This document shows, in pieces, positions 16,609 through 27,555 of a stretch of DNA of 64,000 bases. The DNA is from an uncultured Alphaproteobacteria bacterium (GTDB lineage Bacteria; Pseudomonadota; Alphaproteobacteria; CAAHEQ01; UBA3637). A program made the translations under genes and the position numbers. The number at the start of each line of letters is the position of its first letter. Positions within the stretch are counted from its first letter, which is position 1. The notes under the pieces are model-generated. The model did not search any database and had not been told where the DNA came from. It saw only the letters and a program-made list of their open reading frames with translations. The stretch covers positions 215 through 64,214 of the forward strand of contig CALXXX010000024.1 in the NCBI GenBank assembly GCA_944392795.1, read 5' to 3'.

Positions 16609-17160
16609 TTAGCCTTTATTCTTAGGATCAACCCAACCGATATTACCATCTGAACGACGATATACCATATTCAATCCACCATGTGCTGAATTACGGAACA
16701 TCAACGCAGGCAAATCTGCTAAATCCATACGCATTACCGCACCACTGACAGAACAAATCGGTAACTCTGTTTGCATTTCTGCCACAATAACAGGAGCAGT
16801 TCCTTTAACTTCTTCTTCTTCCTCTGGTTCAATAACGGCAGCATCAACCATTTCAAACTTAATATTTTTATGTTCCGTCAAACGGTTTTTGTAACGCCGT
16901 AGTTGACGAGCGATACGATCACATGCCTGATCAAAAGCGACATATGCATCCGCTCCTTTAGCAGAACCTTTCAATAAAGCACCTGAACCAGGATGAACTG
17001 TGACTTCTGCTTTAATAGCATCGCCTTCGCGAGAAAAAACAACTGACGCATCAATTGCTGCATCAAAATACTTATCGACGACAGCAGACAAGTTTTTTTC
17101 TGCATAAGATTGCATGTTGTCGCCTAAATTCAATTGTTTTCCAGTAATTGTTATTTGCAT
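16609..17160 (-). CDS. hpf: Ribosome hibernation promoting factor (long HPF)
   Basis: MQITITGKQL, RQLRRYKNRL, C-terminal LNMVYRRSDGNIGWVDP; start moved to 17160. Confidence 0.93.
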   Translation of the reverse strand: MQITITGKQLNLGDNMQSYAEKNLSAVVDKYFDAAIDASVVFSREGDAIKAEVTVHPGSGALLKGSAKGADAYVAFDQACDRIARQLRRYKNRLTEHKNIKFEMVDAAVIEPEEEEEVKGTAPVIVAEMQTELPICSVSGAVMRMDLADLPALMFRNSAHGGLNMVYRRSDGNIGWVDPKNKG

Positions 17161-17251
17161 TTTTTTATCCTTAACTATAAACCATAGATTTATCAATCTA
17201 AAAGTCTTTCTCAGAAAAGTCAAGGCACTTCTTTAGCATACCTACAAATTC

Positions 17252-17923
17252 TTAACGGGAATAATGATTATGTTTTTGAAAATTTCTGATTTCTGTCCGC
17301 CGACGTTTTCGAAATTTCTCGTTAATTTGTCCGTAGAGCATCCAATCATCCGGTGAAAAATCATCCTCTTTAAATTGGACTTCCCAAATATTATGATTCA
17401 TGTGTATTACATGAGAGGTCCGAATAAGTGAAGCTTTAGTAGCACCTACATTTTTAGCCTCAACTCGGTACCATAGAACTTTTGAATCCATCATCGTATT
17501 TAAAATGCTTTCTAAGCCTTGATCCCCCAGTGGATTACCCGAAAGTGTTAATCGCCCTATTTTTTTAGATGATAAAACGGTAGCCAAAGCAGGGGCAGAA
17601 GCCGAAGTCATCTGACAATTTTCTAAGTCAATCGTCGTACAATGTGTATTATCCTTTAAACTTTCCGCCAATTTTAAAATGATCTCATCTGTCATTTTTT
17701 GCCCGGACCAATTTAATGTATCTAGCTCTGAATCGTTCTGCATAATTTGATTTAATTGATATTTCAGTTGTTCCGAAGAAAGTTTTATGACATTGTTTTC
17801 TAAATATCCTCTTTGCTTGTACTGTAGTCGCAATTTCTCATCTGCCGTTTCTTTAGCAATCAAGGCATGACGTTCTTCTTCTGTCATATCTGTCATATAT
17901 TGAAATTTTAAACGAGATGTCAT
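17252..17923 (-). CDS. Leucine-rich-repeat protein, ribonuclease-inhibitor-like class
   Basis: LDTLNWSGQKMTD, TTIDLENCQMTS, GRLTLSGNPLGDQG at about 28-aa spacing; SD AGGAGGT before ATG 17923. Confidence 0.8.
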   Translation of the reverse strand: MTSRLKFQYMTDMTEEERHALIAKETADEKLRLQYKQRGYLENNVIKLSSEQLKYQLNQIMQNDSELDTLNWSGQKMTDEIILKLAESLKDNTHCTTIDLENCQMTSASAPALATVLSSKKIGRLTLSGNPLGDQGLESILNTMMDSKVLWYRVEAKNVGATKASLIRTSHVIHMNHNIWEVQFKEDDFSPDDWMLYGQINEKFRKRRRTEIRNFQKHNHYSR

Positions 17924-17974
17924 AATATACCTCCTGCAAATAAAAATTATAGCAAAAAATAGACAAAAAATCAA

Positions 17975-18003
17975 TTGATTTTAAGAAAGAAATTGTTTAG
18001 ACT
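17975..18003 (+). promoter_or_regulatory. Candidate sigma70 promoter (leaderless hemW)
   Basis: TTGATT-N17-TAGACT, 6 nt before ATG 18010. Confidence 0.45.
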
Positions 18004-18009
18004 AAAAAA

Positions 18010-19062
18010 ATGGAAAAATTCGGTATTTATATTCATTGGCCTTTTTGTCTGTCTAAGTGTCCGTATTGCGATTTTTTCTCATTGCCAGCAGCCTCTTGGG
18101 ACGAGAAGACTTTAGAAAGTGCTTATATACGAGATTTAAAACGAATTCCTATTCGAACAGTAACAAGCTTATTCTTTGGTGGAGGAACTCCCTCTCTGAT
18201 GAGCCCGCGTTTGGTCCATCGCTTAATAACTGTGATCCGTGATAATTTCCCTGTTGCCTCAGAAATGGAAATATCCTTGGAAGCCAATCCGGATGCTATT
18301 GATAAACTTAAAATGGAAGCTTTTCATGCAGCTGGAATAAACCGACTCTCTTTAGGGATACAAGCTTTAAATCAAAAAGATTTAAAATTTCTAGGAAGAC
18401 GACATACTTTAGAAACAGCTTTACAACGCATTGAAGAAATGAAGTCTGTCTTTTATAATTTTTCTTTCGATCTCATATATGCTCGACCTGGACAAACTTT
18501 GCAAGCTTGGCAAAACGAGCTGGAAGAAGCTCTTTCATTTAATCCCCCTCATCTCTCTTTATATCAGTTAACAATTGAAGAAGAAACACCTTTTGCGCGT
18601 AAAAACATTGATCTTCCTGATGATGAAATAGCCAGATCGCTTTATGAATGGACTTTAGAAAGAATGGAAAAAGCTGATTGTCCTTTCTATGAAGTTTCTA
18701 ATTTTGCTCGTTCCGGTTTTGAATGCCGACATAACCTTTTATATTGGGAAGGAGATGACTATGCAGGCATTGGACCCGCTGCCCATGGTAGACTGGGATT
18801 AATTGCAACTGAGAACCCTAAGAACCTATCAAGTTGGTTAAAAGGAGAAACAATTACAACACTTTTATCCCCCTTTGAAAGACAAGAAGAAAAACTGATC
18901 ATGGGGCTTCGTCTCAAAAAAGGTATATCCGATAAAGGACTATCACCGATCAACATTCAAAAAGCGATCAAAAAGGGATGGTTAAAACAAGAAAAAGGAC
19001 GTATTTTTGCAACCCGTGAAGGTTTTATGATGCTCAATCAACTGATTCTGGAACTGGCATAA
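18010..19062 (+). CDS. hemW: Radical SAM heme chaperone HemW (HemN-like)
   Basis: IYIHWPFCLSKCPYCDF, FFGGGTPS, LEANP, HLSLYQLTIE, HNLLYW. Confidence 0.9.
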   Translation: MEKFGIYIHWPFCLSKCPYCDFFSLPAASWDEKTLESAYIRDLKRIPIRTVTSLFFGGGTPSLMSPRLVHRLITVIRDNFPVASEMEISLEANPDAIDKLKMEAFHAAGINRLSLGIQALNQKDLKFLGRRHTLETALQRIEEMKSVFYNFSFDLIYARPGQTLQAWQNELEEALSFNPPHLSLYQLTIEEETPFARKNIDLPDDEIARSLYEWTLERMEKADCPFYEVSNFARSGFECRHNLLYWEGDDYAGIGPAAHGRLGLIATENPKNLSSWLKGETITTLLSPFERQEEKLIMGLRLKKGISDKGLSPINIQKAIKKGWLKQEKGRIFATREGFMMLNQLILELA

Positions 19063-20476
19063 TATTTCCGACGGTCTGAAGAGCTTCTATTTCCTTGCGA
19101 GCACGTTCTTGAGCTATTCGTTGTTGTTCGCGATAAGCATTCAGTATTCGAATATCCGACATATGCTCTTTCATAAAGGCTTCTTCTTCAAAGGAAGATG
19201 CTGGTTTTTCCAAGACACGAAAATTATTTTTTCCAGCTATTTGAAAAACACCTAACAATCTTTCTGATGAGCCATCTTGACGCAGACGGAATAGACCATC
19301 TGTTCCCATAAATCCTCTGCTACTTGTCAGGCTTTCCTCGGACAGGCCCAAGGTTTGAGGCAAAACAGATGCAAGAGCGACAGCATCATATGCTAAAGAA
19401 GCCAATCGAACAGGTGTTCGACCATAAGTTTCTTTATATTTAGCAGAAAAAGCTTCAAATCCAGAAGAGGGAAGAGCTGCAAAGCGTCCACCCAATAAAG
19501 CTCCCTCATTTGTCAACGAAGGCTCATACCAAGTAGACATACCAAGAAACATAACATCTTTTGGTGTCACATCATAAAGGCCAAATAAAGAAGCAATAGA
19601 TTTTAAACGATTTCCATCATCAGCAATAAATAAGGCATCAAAATCTAATTGTTCGGCGATAGGAATTTCTGGCTCTAAATTTTCTTTCTCAGATTTCTTT
19701 TTATCTTTTTCCTTTTCATCTGCATATTTCTTTTTTGAAGCAAAAGAATCCGGTAAAACAGACAAAACATAAGGTTCAAAGTTGATAAAAGTCGGATTAT
19801 AAACAGCTAACTTTGTAATTTCTATTCCACAAGCGGCAGCAGCTTTTCGAGCTGTATCGATAGCAATATCTCCGGCTTTATTATCAGGTGCCATAATTGC
19901 TAATCGTGTCTTTTTTTGTTCGCAAGCATGCCGAATAATACGCTCTGTTTGTTGTGTCAACAACAAAGCCATCGTATAAACACCTTTTCCAACCGAGTCG
20001 GTATCTGAAGTAAAAGACACAACTGGAATATGATCAGCCATTTTACGAACAGCTTTAACTTCATCAGCATAAACAGGTCCTAACACAAGCTGAACATTAT
20101 CTTTCTCAGCTTTCTCAAAAGCTTCTTTTGCTCCTTCAGCTGTCCCTTTTGTATCATAAAACTGTAAGACTAAATTATCATTTGCCAACTCAAACTGAGC
20201 CAACATACCAGCATTACGCAGTTCTTCTCCTAACTGCTTTGATTTCCCTGTTAAAGGGAGCAACATTCCGACACGGACACTGACATTTTGTTTAGAAGAC
20301 TTAAGTAAGTCTTCATATTGAGGCGCGTCAATACTTCCTTCATAATATGGGATAATAGAAGCAGGAAGTTCTCCTAAAATGGGTTGTTCATACTTATCTC
20401 TTACCGCGCATGCTGCGGCAAAAAGCATACACCCCAAACAGGCTATTTTGGAAAAGAAAGTCCTTTTTTCTAACAT
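19034..20476 (-). CDS. Penicillin-binding protein activator (LpoA/LppC-like lipoprotein)
   Basis: Lipobox-like FAAAC, VGMLLPLTG, LVLGPVYA, ASLAYDAVAL, GTDGLFRL; divergent from rsmI. Confidence 0.82.
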   Translation of the reverse strand: MLEKRTFFSKIACLGCMLFAAACAVRDKYEQPILGELPASIIPYYEGSIDAPQYEDLLKSSKQNVSVRVGMLLPLTGKSKQLGEELRNAGMLAQFELANDNLVLQFYDTKGTAEGAKEAFEKAEKDNVQLVLGPVYADEVKAVRKMADHIPVVSFTSDTDSVGKGVYTMALLLTQQTERIIRHACEQKKTRLAIMAPDNKAGDIAIDTARKAAAACGIEITKLAVYNPTFINFEPYVLSVLPDSFASKKKYADEKEKDKKKSEKENLEPEIPIAEQLDFDALFIADDGNRLKSIASLFGLYDVTPKDVMFLGMSTWYEPSLTNEGALLGGRFAALPSSGFEAFSAKYKETYGRTPVRLASLAYDAVALASVLPQTLGLSEESLTSSRGFMGTDGLFRLRQDGSSERLLGVFQIAGKNNFRVLEKPASSFEEEAFMKEHMSDIRILNAYREQQRIAQERARKEIEALQTVGNIMPVPESVD

Positions 20477-20560
20477 GTTATCAAAAATATTTTTATTATT
20501 TATCTTCTTTTGGTATAATCGAAAATAATTAAAATTTCAACAAAAAAGAGGATTCTTTTC

Positions 20561-21394
20561 ATGACTGCGACCCTTTTTCTTGTCTCGACGCCTATCGGCA
20601 ACCTTGGCGATTTTTCGGACCGTGCAAGAGACGCTTTTCAAAAAGCAGATTTAATTGCTTGTGAAGATACGCGTCATACAAAAAAACTAATTGGACTTTT
20701 AGGAATTGAAACACACGCAGACTTTCTATCCTATCATGAGTATAACGCAGACAAAATGCGTCCTATTGTTATAGAAAAATTATCTGAAGGACTAGATATT
20801 GTTTTAGTTTCCGATGCAGGAACTCCTTTAATTTCAGATCCGGGATACAGACTTGTCAGAGATTGTTTAAAGACCGAAATAAAAGTTGTTCCAATCCCCG
20901 GAGCAAATGCGGTTCTACCTGCCTTACAATTATCTGGATTACCTTCCGATCGTTTTATGTTCGTTGGTTTTCTGGAAACAAAAACAACTGCTCGCCAAAA
21001 AGAACTTTCCGAATTTAAAACTGTTCCGGCTACTTTAATTTTTTATGAGTCGCCTCATCGTGTTTTGGAAACTTTGAAAGACATGTTCGCCGTTTTCGGA
21101 GACAGGTCTGCTGCTGTTGTTCGAGAGCTTACAAAACGTTTTGAAGAAAGTAAAATAGGCCTTCTATCCGAATTAATCGCTTTTTATGAGCAAAATGGAG
21201 AACCAAAAGGTGAAATTGTTATTTTAGTCGATAGACCCTCTGAAAAGACTCCTATCAATTTTGATATTCATGCAATGCTAACGCAAGCCATGAAAAATAA
21301 AACATTACGAGATGCTGTTGATGAAGTGACGACCATAACCGGATTAGACCGCCGTAAAATTTATAAAGAGGCTATTGAGATTAAAAATGGATAA
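20561..21394 (+). CDS. rsmI: 16S rRNA C1402 2'-O-methyltransferase
   Basis: VSTPIGNLGD, CEDTRHT, LVSDAGTPLISDPG, FYESPHR, RELTKRFEE. Confidence 0.97.
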   Translation: MTATLFLVSTPIGNLGDFSDRARDAFQKADLIACEDTRHTKKLIGLLGIETHADFLSYHEYNADKMRPIVIEKLSEGLDIVLVSDAGTPLISDPGYRLVRDCLKTEIKVVPIPGANAVLPALQLSGLPSDRFMFVGFLETKTTARQKELSEFKTVPATLIFYESPHRVLETLKDMFAVFGDRSAAVVRELTKRFEESKIGLLSELIAFYEQNGEPKGEIVILVDRPSEKTPINFDIHAMLTQAMKNKTLRDAVDEVTTITGLDRRKIYKEAIEIKNG

Positions 21395-21770
21395 ACGCAC
21401 CCGCGGACAAACAGCTTATATTTCTGGTCATGCTGCTGAACAAACGGCTCTGAGTTTTTTAGAAAAAAAAGGTTATGTTTTAGTCGCAAAAAATCTAAAA
21501 ATGCCAAAAGGAAGCGGCGCTAATGAATTGGATTTAGTTGTCAAAAAGAATCAAATGCTGGTTTTTGTCGAAGTCAAAAAGCGTCAAACAATGGATGAAG
21601 CCGCCTTTTGTATTACAAAAAACATGAAAAAACGTTTATTAAAAGCTGGCGCTGCCTTTTTAGCTTTACACCCTGAATTTGAAAATTTTGATTGTCGCTT
21701 TGATGTCGTTCTCTTTTCAAAAGACAACGAGTGCCTTCATCTTGAAAATGTCTTATGGGAAGGAGCATGA
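21387..21770 (+). CDS. yraN: YraN family protein (UPF0102)
   Basis: GHAAEQTA, NELDLV, LVFVEVK, CRFDVV. Confidence 0.9.
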   Translation: MDKRTRGQTAYISGHAAEQTALSFLEKKGYVLVAKNLKMPKGSGANELDLVVKKNQMLVFVEVKKRQTMDEAAFCITKNMKKRLLKAGAAFLALHPEFENFDCRFDVVLFSKDNECLHLENVLWEGA

Positions 21771-22339
21771 AGTACTTATTTCCTCTTTTTTTACTTTTGA
21801 CTGGCTGCCAAATCATTGGAACGACTTATAATGTCGGTAGCAAAGTCGGTTCTGTCCTTATGGATGAAAGGACATTAGAAGATGATTGGAAAGATACACA
21901 AATCAATATAGCCCTTCGAACAAAATTAATGAGTGAAAAATTTGCTTATGTTTTAGATGTTGAAATTACTGTTTTTGAAAGTGAAGTTATGCTCAATGGT
22001 GCTATCCCAACCATTGAAGACATGGAACGTATTGTTGAAATTGCTTGGAAAACAGAAGGTGTCAGTAAAGTTTACAATCACATTCGACTTGAAAATCCCG
22101 CTCAAATCACAGATACTTCTGAAGATGCTTTCATCGCAGCATCCATTCGCACACAATTAGCCTTGACGCAAAACGTTTCTTCTGTCAATTATAAGATAAC
22201 AGTCGATGATAATGTATTGTATGTCATGGGCATTGCCAAAAATCAAGCTGAGTTTGATGCCGTTATGAATGCGATTAAAAGTACAAAAGGAGTAAAAAAA
22301 GTTATTTCTCATGTCAGAAAATCATATGAACAACAATGA
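21767..22339 (+). CDS. Dual BON-domain lipoprotein (DolP/YraP-like)
   Basis: Lipobox LTGC; two BON domains; ATGA coupling to yraN. Confidence 0.85.
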   Translation: MKYLFPLFLLLTGCQIIGTTYNVGSKVGSVLMDERTLEDDWKDTQINIALRTKLMSEKFAYVLDVEITVFESEVMLNGAIPTIEDMERIVEIAWKTEGVSKVYNHIRLENPAQITDTSEDAFIAASIRTQLALTQNVSSVNYKITVDDNVLYVMGIAKNQAEFDAVMNAIKSTKGVKKVISHVRKSYEQQ

Positions 22340-22535
22340 ATTATTAAACCTGCTTTTATCTTTTATTCCCCCAGGAAATGAAGCTCTTAAAGACAGAGCT
22401 ATCCTATTGGCAACTTTTGATAATTTAAAAGACGCTATTGAAGCAATGGAAGCCTATATTGCCAATGCTGATCCAGATGAAGATACTTCTAAAGAACGAG
22501 AATTTTTGGAAAAAATGAAAAATCATCTCAATTAA
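22326..22535 (+). CDS. Small hypothetical protein
   Basis: ORF overlapping the BON gene end; plausible amphipathic helices. Confidence 0.55.
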   Translation: MNNNELLNLLLSFIPPGNEALKDRAILLATFDNLKDAIEAMEAYIANADPDEDTSKEREFLEKMKNHLN

Positions 22536-22705
22536 AAAATTATTCTTTTTATAAAAATAAACATTATAAGAAGCTTTTCGTTAAAACTTATCATCATTTC
22601 CAATAGATTATTTGGAAACATAACATCCTATAAACAAAGAGAAAATTGACTTCTTTACTCTTCCATGTTATACTTTTTCTATTCATTGAGAAAGGCTATT
22701 TTAAC

Positions 22706-22915
22706 ATGAAACGAAAAATCGTCTTTACACAAAAAACTCCCACCATTCCTCTACCAAAAGAAAAAGACTATGATAAAGAAGCCTATCAACATTTTTTATG
22801 TGAAGGAATAAATGGTAAAGGCTGCGGAATCGAAAAGCAATATATTTCTCACTACCGCCGAGAAAGAACTTGGAAAGAACTCTGTCATTCGTTTTGGCAA
22901 CATGACGGAGATTAA
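22706..22915 (+). CDS. Small hypothetical protein (69 aa)
   Basis: GAAAGG SD before ATG 22706; followed by a hairpin. Confidence 0.5.
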   Translation: MKRKIVFTQKTPTIPLPKEKDYDKEAYQHFLCEGINGKGCGIEKQYISHYRRERTWKELCHSFWQHDGD

Positions 22916-22942
22916 AAAAGGGAGCTTTTTACTCCCTCTTTT
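22914..22942. terminator. Probable bidirectional terminator
   Basis: AGGGAG/CTCCCT stem flanked by A and T runs, between convergent genes. Confidence 0.5.
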
Positions 22943-25460
22943 ATTTCACAACGATATTCAACAATCTTTTTGGCACATAAATTACTTTAACGATTTCTTT
23001 GCCGGACAAATAATCCGTCAAACGTGGTTCTGCTTGAGCAATTTTCAAGACCTCCTCTTGCTTTGCCTCCACAGGGACCAAAATTGTCGCTCTTTTTTTA
23101 CCCATAATTTGAACAACAATTTCGATTTCACTTTCTTGTAGCATTGCTTCATCGTAAGTCGGCCATTTTTCATAAGCTAAAGTTGTCTTATGTCCCAAAC
23201 GCTCCCACAACTCTTCCATCATATGAGGCGCAATAGGAGATAAAAGAAGCACAAAGCTTTCCATAATAGACCGATTCACCTTTTCAGCCTTACTCAAGGC
23301 GTTTGTCAACTCCATCATTTTTGCAATAGCGGTATTAAAAGACATTTTTTCCATATCGTCCGATACACCTTTAATTGTTTTATGTATCAGCTTTTCTAAA
23401 GAAACATCTCCTCCTTCTGAAACAATGCGTGTTGAAAGCTGATCATCTTCACTGACAAAAAGGCTCCAGACACGCTTTAAAAAACGAGAAGCGCCATTAA
23501 TGCCCTCATCCGTCCAAGGCTTCTCTGCGGAAACAGGTCCCATAAACATCTCATAAAGACGCAAGGCATCTGCTCCATAATCTCTGACAACATCGTCTGG
23601 ATTTGCAACATTATATCGAGACTTACTCATCTTTTCGACCTGAGTATTCACTCTGACACCAGTTGCCTTGACAAAATAGTCATTTCCACGACGTTCGACA
23701 TCTGTCGGGTGATAATATTTACCGTTATCATCACGATAAGAATAAGCCGTAATCATTCCCTGATTAAATAACTTTTGGAAAGGTTCTTTTGTAGAAACCA
23801 ATCCAGCATCGAATAAAACTTTATGCCAGAAACGAGCATATAATAAATGCAAAACAGCATGCTCTGCTCCTCCGATATAAGTATCGACAGGCATCCAATA
23901 TTTTTCTGCTTCTTGACTCCAAGCCTCTTTATCATTTGTCGGATCGCAATAGCGTAAGAAATACCAACTGGAACCAGCCCATTGAGGCATAATATTTGTT
24001 TCTCTTTTAGCCGGAAGGCCTGTTTCTTCGTCTATTGTATTCACCCAATCGGTTGCCTTTGATAAAGGAGGTTCTCCATCCTTTGAAGGACTAAAATCTG
24101 TCATTGGAGGCAACAAAACTGGTAAATCCTTTTCTGGTAAAGACTTGATAGTTCCATCCGCACAGTGAATAATCGGGAACGGTTCTCCCCAATAACGTTG
24201 ACGAGAAAACAACCAGTCCCGCAATTTATAATTAACGGTCCCTTTTCCCAATCCCCGCTCTTCTAACCATTCAGTCATCTTTTTCTTTGACTCTGCCACA
24301 TGAAGACCATTTAAAAAACCTGAATTGATTAAAGCACCATCACCTTCCCAAGCTTCTTTGGAAATATCTCCGCCTTCAATGACTTGAATAATCGGTAAGT
24401 TAAATTTTTTCGCAAAATCATAGTCTCGTTGATCATGCGCCGGAACAGCCATAATCGCTCCATAACCATAATCTCCTAAAACATAATCAGCAATATAAAT
24501 AGGTATTTTCCGCCCATCAACCGGGTTGACTGCATAAGCTCCAGTAAAAGCCCCTGTCTTTTCTTTAGCTTCTGCTAATCGGTCTTGAGCAGACTTCTTT
24601 GAAGCTTCGGCAACATAAGCTTCAACATTGGCACGTTCTACTTCTGTCGTAATCATCTTTACCAAAGCATGCTCCGGAGCTAAAACGCAATAGGTTGCTC
24701 CGAATAAAGTATCTGGACGCGTTGTGTAAACAGTAAATTCCGCATCAGCTCCGTCAACTTTAAATTTAACATCAGCTCCGGTTGATTTTCCAATCCATTC
24801 CCGTTGCATGACTTTAATTCCCTCAGGCCAATCCAAATCATCCAAATCTGTCAACAACCGCTCTGCATATTTTGTAATTCTAAGCATCCATTGACGCATC
24901 GGTTTTTTAATGACCTCGTCCCCAGTCTCAACATACTTACCGTCTTTGACTTCTTCATTTGCCAAAACAGTCCCTAATTTCGGACACCAATTAACGGGAA
25001 CCTCAACTTCGTATGCTAATCCTTTATCAAACAACAGCTTAAAAATCCACTGTGTCCACTTATAATAAGAAGGATCTGATGTCTTAATTAACCTGTCCCA
25101 ATCATAAGAAAAACCGACACCTTTCATCTGTTGCGTAAAATAATCACAGTTTTTATGAGTTACTTCACTGGGATGAATACCTTTACGTTCAGCATATCTT
25201 TCAGCCGGAAGACCAAAACTATCATATCCCATAGGATGCAAGACATTAAAACCACGCATTCTTTTATAGCGTGCAATAATATCAGAAGCGGTATATCCTT
25301 CAACATGACCGACATGCAAACCATCTCCCGATGGATAAGGAAACATATCCAATACGTAATATTTTGGTTTATTTTTATCAATTTCAGCCTTAAAAGTCTT
25401 ATTATCTTCCCAATATTTTTGCCATTTTTTTTCAATCGCTTGATGATTATACTCAGCCAT
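22941..25460 (-). CDS. leuS: Leucine--tRNA ligase
   Basis: [14 protein letters not shown] (HIGH), editing domain, KMSKS; AAGGAG before ATG 25460. Confidence 0.98.
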   Translation of the reverse strand: MAEYNHQAIEKKWQKYWEDNKTFKAEIDKNKPKYYVLDMFPYPSGDGLHVGHVEGYTASDIIARYKRMRGFNVLHPMGYDSFGLPAERYAERKGIHPSEVTHKNCDYFTQQMKGVGFSYDWDRLIKTSDPSYYKWTQWIFKLLFDKGLAYEVEVPVNWCPKLGTVLANEEVKDGKYVETGDEVIKKPMRQWMLRITKYAERLLTDLDDLDWPEGIKVMQREWIGKSTGADVKFKVDGADAEFTVYTTRPDTLFGATYCVLAPEHALVKMITTEVERANVEAYVAEASKKSAQDRLAEAKEKTGAFTGAYAVNPVDGRKIPIYIADYVLGDYGYGAIMAVPAHDQRDYDFAKKFNLPIIQVIEGGDISKEAWEGDGALINSGFLNGLHVAESKKKMTEWLEERGLGKGTVNYKLRDWLFSRQRYWGEPFPIIHCADGTIKSLPEKDLPVLLPPMTDFSPSKDGEPPLSKATDWVNTIDEETGLPAKRETNIMPQWAGSSWYFLRYCDPTNDKEAWSQEAEKYWMPVDTYIGGAEHAVLHLLYARFWHKVLFDAGLVSTKEPFQKLFNQGMITAYSYRDDNGKYYHPTDVERRGNDYFVKATGVRVNTQVEKMSKSRYNVANPDDVVRDYGADALRLYEMFMGPVSAEKPWTDEGINGASRFLKRVWSLFVSEDDQLSTRIVSEGGDVSLEKLIHKTIKGVSDDMEKMSFNTAIAKMMELTNALSKAEKVNRSIMESFVLLLSPIAPHMMEELWERLGHKTTLAYEKWPTYDEAMLQESEIEIVVQIMGKKRATILVPVEAKQEEVLKIAQAEPRLTDYLSGKEIVKVIYVPKRLLNIVVK

Positions 25461-25578
25461 TTCCAACTCCTTTGTTAAATATGTCCGAAAATAGCATAAA
25501 TCCAAATGAATAGCAATAAAGAAGTGTGAGACTTTTGCTTCAAAAATTATCCATAAAAAAAATAAAATAAGACGAAAC

Positions 25579-26796
25579 TTATTGATACCGCAAAGCTTCA
25601 ATCGGGTCTAATTTCATCGCTTTAACAGCTGGAAACAAACCAGAAGCCACCCCAACAATAACAGCGACAGAAAAAGAAATAACAACTGTCCATATAGAAA
25701 TCGGAACATTTTTATCAAAAATCGCACCGCCTATTTGCGATAAACCAATGCCGATAACTAACCCCATAATACTTCCCATAAATGATATTAAAATTGATTC
25801 AACCAAAAACTGAACCATAATCCATCTATTAGGTGCCCCTAAAGCCTTTCGCGTTCCAATTTCACGTGTTCTTTCCGTCACGGAAACTAACATCATGTTC
25901 ATAATACCTATAGAACCGACGATTAAAGAAATGGAAGCAATAGCCGCCAACAATAATGATAAATAAAAACCAACTTTTTTAACTTGCTCTACCAATTCTG
26001 CCATATTTCGAATTGTGAAGTCATCATCCTCTCCATTTTTTAAATGATGACGTGCTCTCAATAAATAACTAACTCTTTGTTGAACAGCTTCAATTTTACT
26101 CTCATCAGCCACTTTTACAAAACCAATATTAACCATTTGAGGCATACGAGCTCCTCGAATTTTCTGTCTTAAAGTCGTAAAAGGCATAAAAATTAAATTG
26201 TCTTGATCCTCTCCGGTTAAGCCGGGACCTTTTGCTTTTAAAGTCCCGACAACGGTAAATGGAATATTTTGAAGTCGAATAACTTTACCAATCGGATTTT
26301 CAAAACCAAATAACTCATCAACAACTGTTTGTCCTAAAAGAATATGAGATGCCGCAGATTTTAAATCTCGTTCTGTCAAGCCTATACCTCTATCAATTTC
26401 CCAATTACCAACTATCATATAATCAGGAGTTATTCCTCGAGCCGACACATTCCAGTTATTTTTACCATAAACTGCTTGAACAGTCGCATGTGTTGCATAA
26501 GATGTCGTTTGAACATCTTTCAGCTCCTTCATCGCATCCATATCTTGACGACTGACCGTCGGACGCCCCATCGCCGTCCGAACGCCTCCACTGACAGAAG
26601 CTCCTGGTAAAACAATCAAAAGGCTTCCGCCCATACTTTCAAAGCTTTCATCTATGACATTTTGCACAGTCTGACCAACAGCAACCATCAAAACAACAGC
26701 AGCAACACCAATCATAATGCCAAGTGTTGTTAGAAATGTCCGCATCTTATAAGCAGTAATTGAAATCCAAGCTTCACTGAAAATCAGTCTGAACAT
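25579..26796 (-). CDS. MacB-like ABC transporter permease (FtsX domain)
   Basis: [51 protein letters not shown]. Confidence 0.92.
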   Translation of the reverse strand: MFRLIFSEAWISITAYKMRTFLTTLGIMIGVAAVVLMVAVGQTVQNVIDESFESMGGSLLIVLPGASVSGGVRTAMGRPTVSRQDMDAMKELKDVQTTSYATHATVQAVYGKNNWNVSARGITPDYMIVGNWEIDRGIGLTERDLKSAASHILLGQTVVDELFGFENPIGKVIRLQNIPFTVVGTLKAKGPGLTGEDQDNLIFMPFTTLRQKIRGARMPQMVNIGFVKVADESKIEAVQQRVSYLLRARHHLKNGEDDDFTIRNMAELVEQVKKVGFYLSLLLAAIASISLIVGSIGIMNMMLVSVTERTREIGTRKALGAPNRWIMVQFLVESILISFMGSIMGLVIGIGLSQIGGAIFDKNVPISIWTVVISFSVAVIVGVASGLFPAVKAMKLDPIEALRYQ

Positions 26797-26808
26797 CGAT
26801 TATTTCCT

Positions 26809-27495
26809 TTAATACTCATCTTCTGCTTCTAAAATCTTTAAAAAATCATCATAGGCTTTTTGATCATAAACCTTCACATCAGTATCACCATTCCCTGTAG
26901 CGATCAATGTTCCGGCTCCATTATAAATATAGCCCTTATCTCCCTTTTGAATGACCGTATAAAGCAATGTTTTTGTCTGGGCATTAGAATAACTCGCAGA
27001 CATTGTACCATCTGCCATCATATCAATTTTTGTTTCTATGCCATTTTCAACTTGTGTCATCGTTCCGACAGCTTGCCCTTTTACCATTTGAACATCTATC
27101 TGATTACTTTTCCCAGAAGCTTTGATATGACCAGATAATTCCTTTTCATTTAAATCTGTTAAATGCATTTCTAATTTTTCTCCGGTCGGATAATCTTGAA
27201 CAACATCTAAATATTCATCTTTGTGCCCAGAAATATGGCCGATAACTTTTCCTGTTTTTTTATCTGTTAATACGTGTTGAACAGTATCTGTTTCCGTATT
27301 GTACTTAGAATCTATTTTAATTTGTTCTTCTCCTTTTGGATTTGAAATTTGAATGTTTGCATTTGTATCTGTTAAATTTTTAACATCTATATTTGCTTGA
27401 TGTTCTCCATAATAAACTCTTTGAGATGGCACTGTTTGTGCTTGTGCTGCGCTGAAAAATGTTATGCCCAAACAAACTAATAATAATTTTTTCAT
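26809..27495 (-). CDS. Secreted hypothetical protein, beta-rich
   Basis: MKKLLLVCLGITFFSAAQA signal peptide; AAGGAG SD. Confidence 0.8.
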   Translation of the reverse strand: MKKLLLVCLGITFFSAAQAQTVPSQRVYYGEHQANIDVKNLTDTNANIQISNPKGEEQIKIDSKYNTETDTVQHVLTDKKTGKVIGHISGHKDEYLDVVQDYPTGEKLEMHLTDLNEKELSGHIKASGKSNQIDVQMVKGQAVGTMTQVENGIETKIDMMADGTMSASYSNAQTKTLLYTVIQKGDKGYIYNGAGTLIATGNGDTDVKVYDQKAYDDFLKILEAEDEY

Positions 27496-27555
27496 TTTTT
27501 TCTCCTTTTTTCATTCTTCATAAGTTTTTGAACAATCAAAATTTTCTTTCATAAA

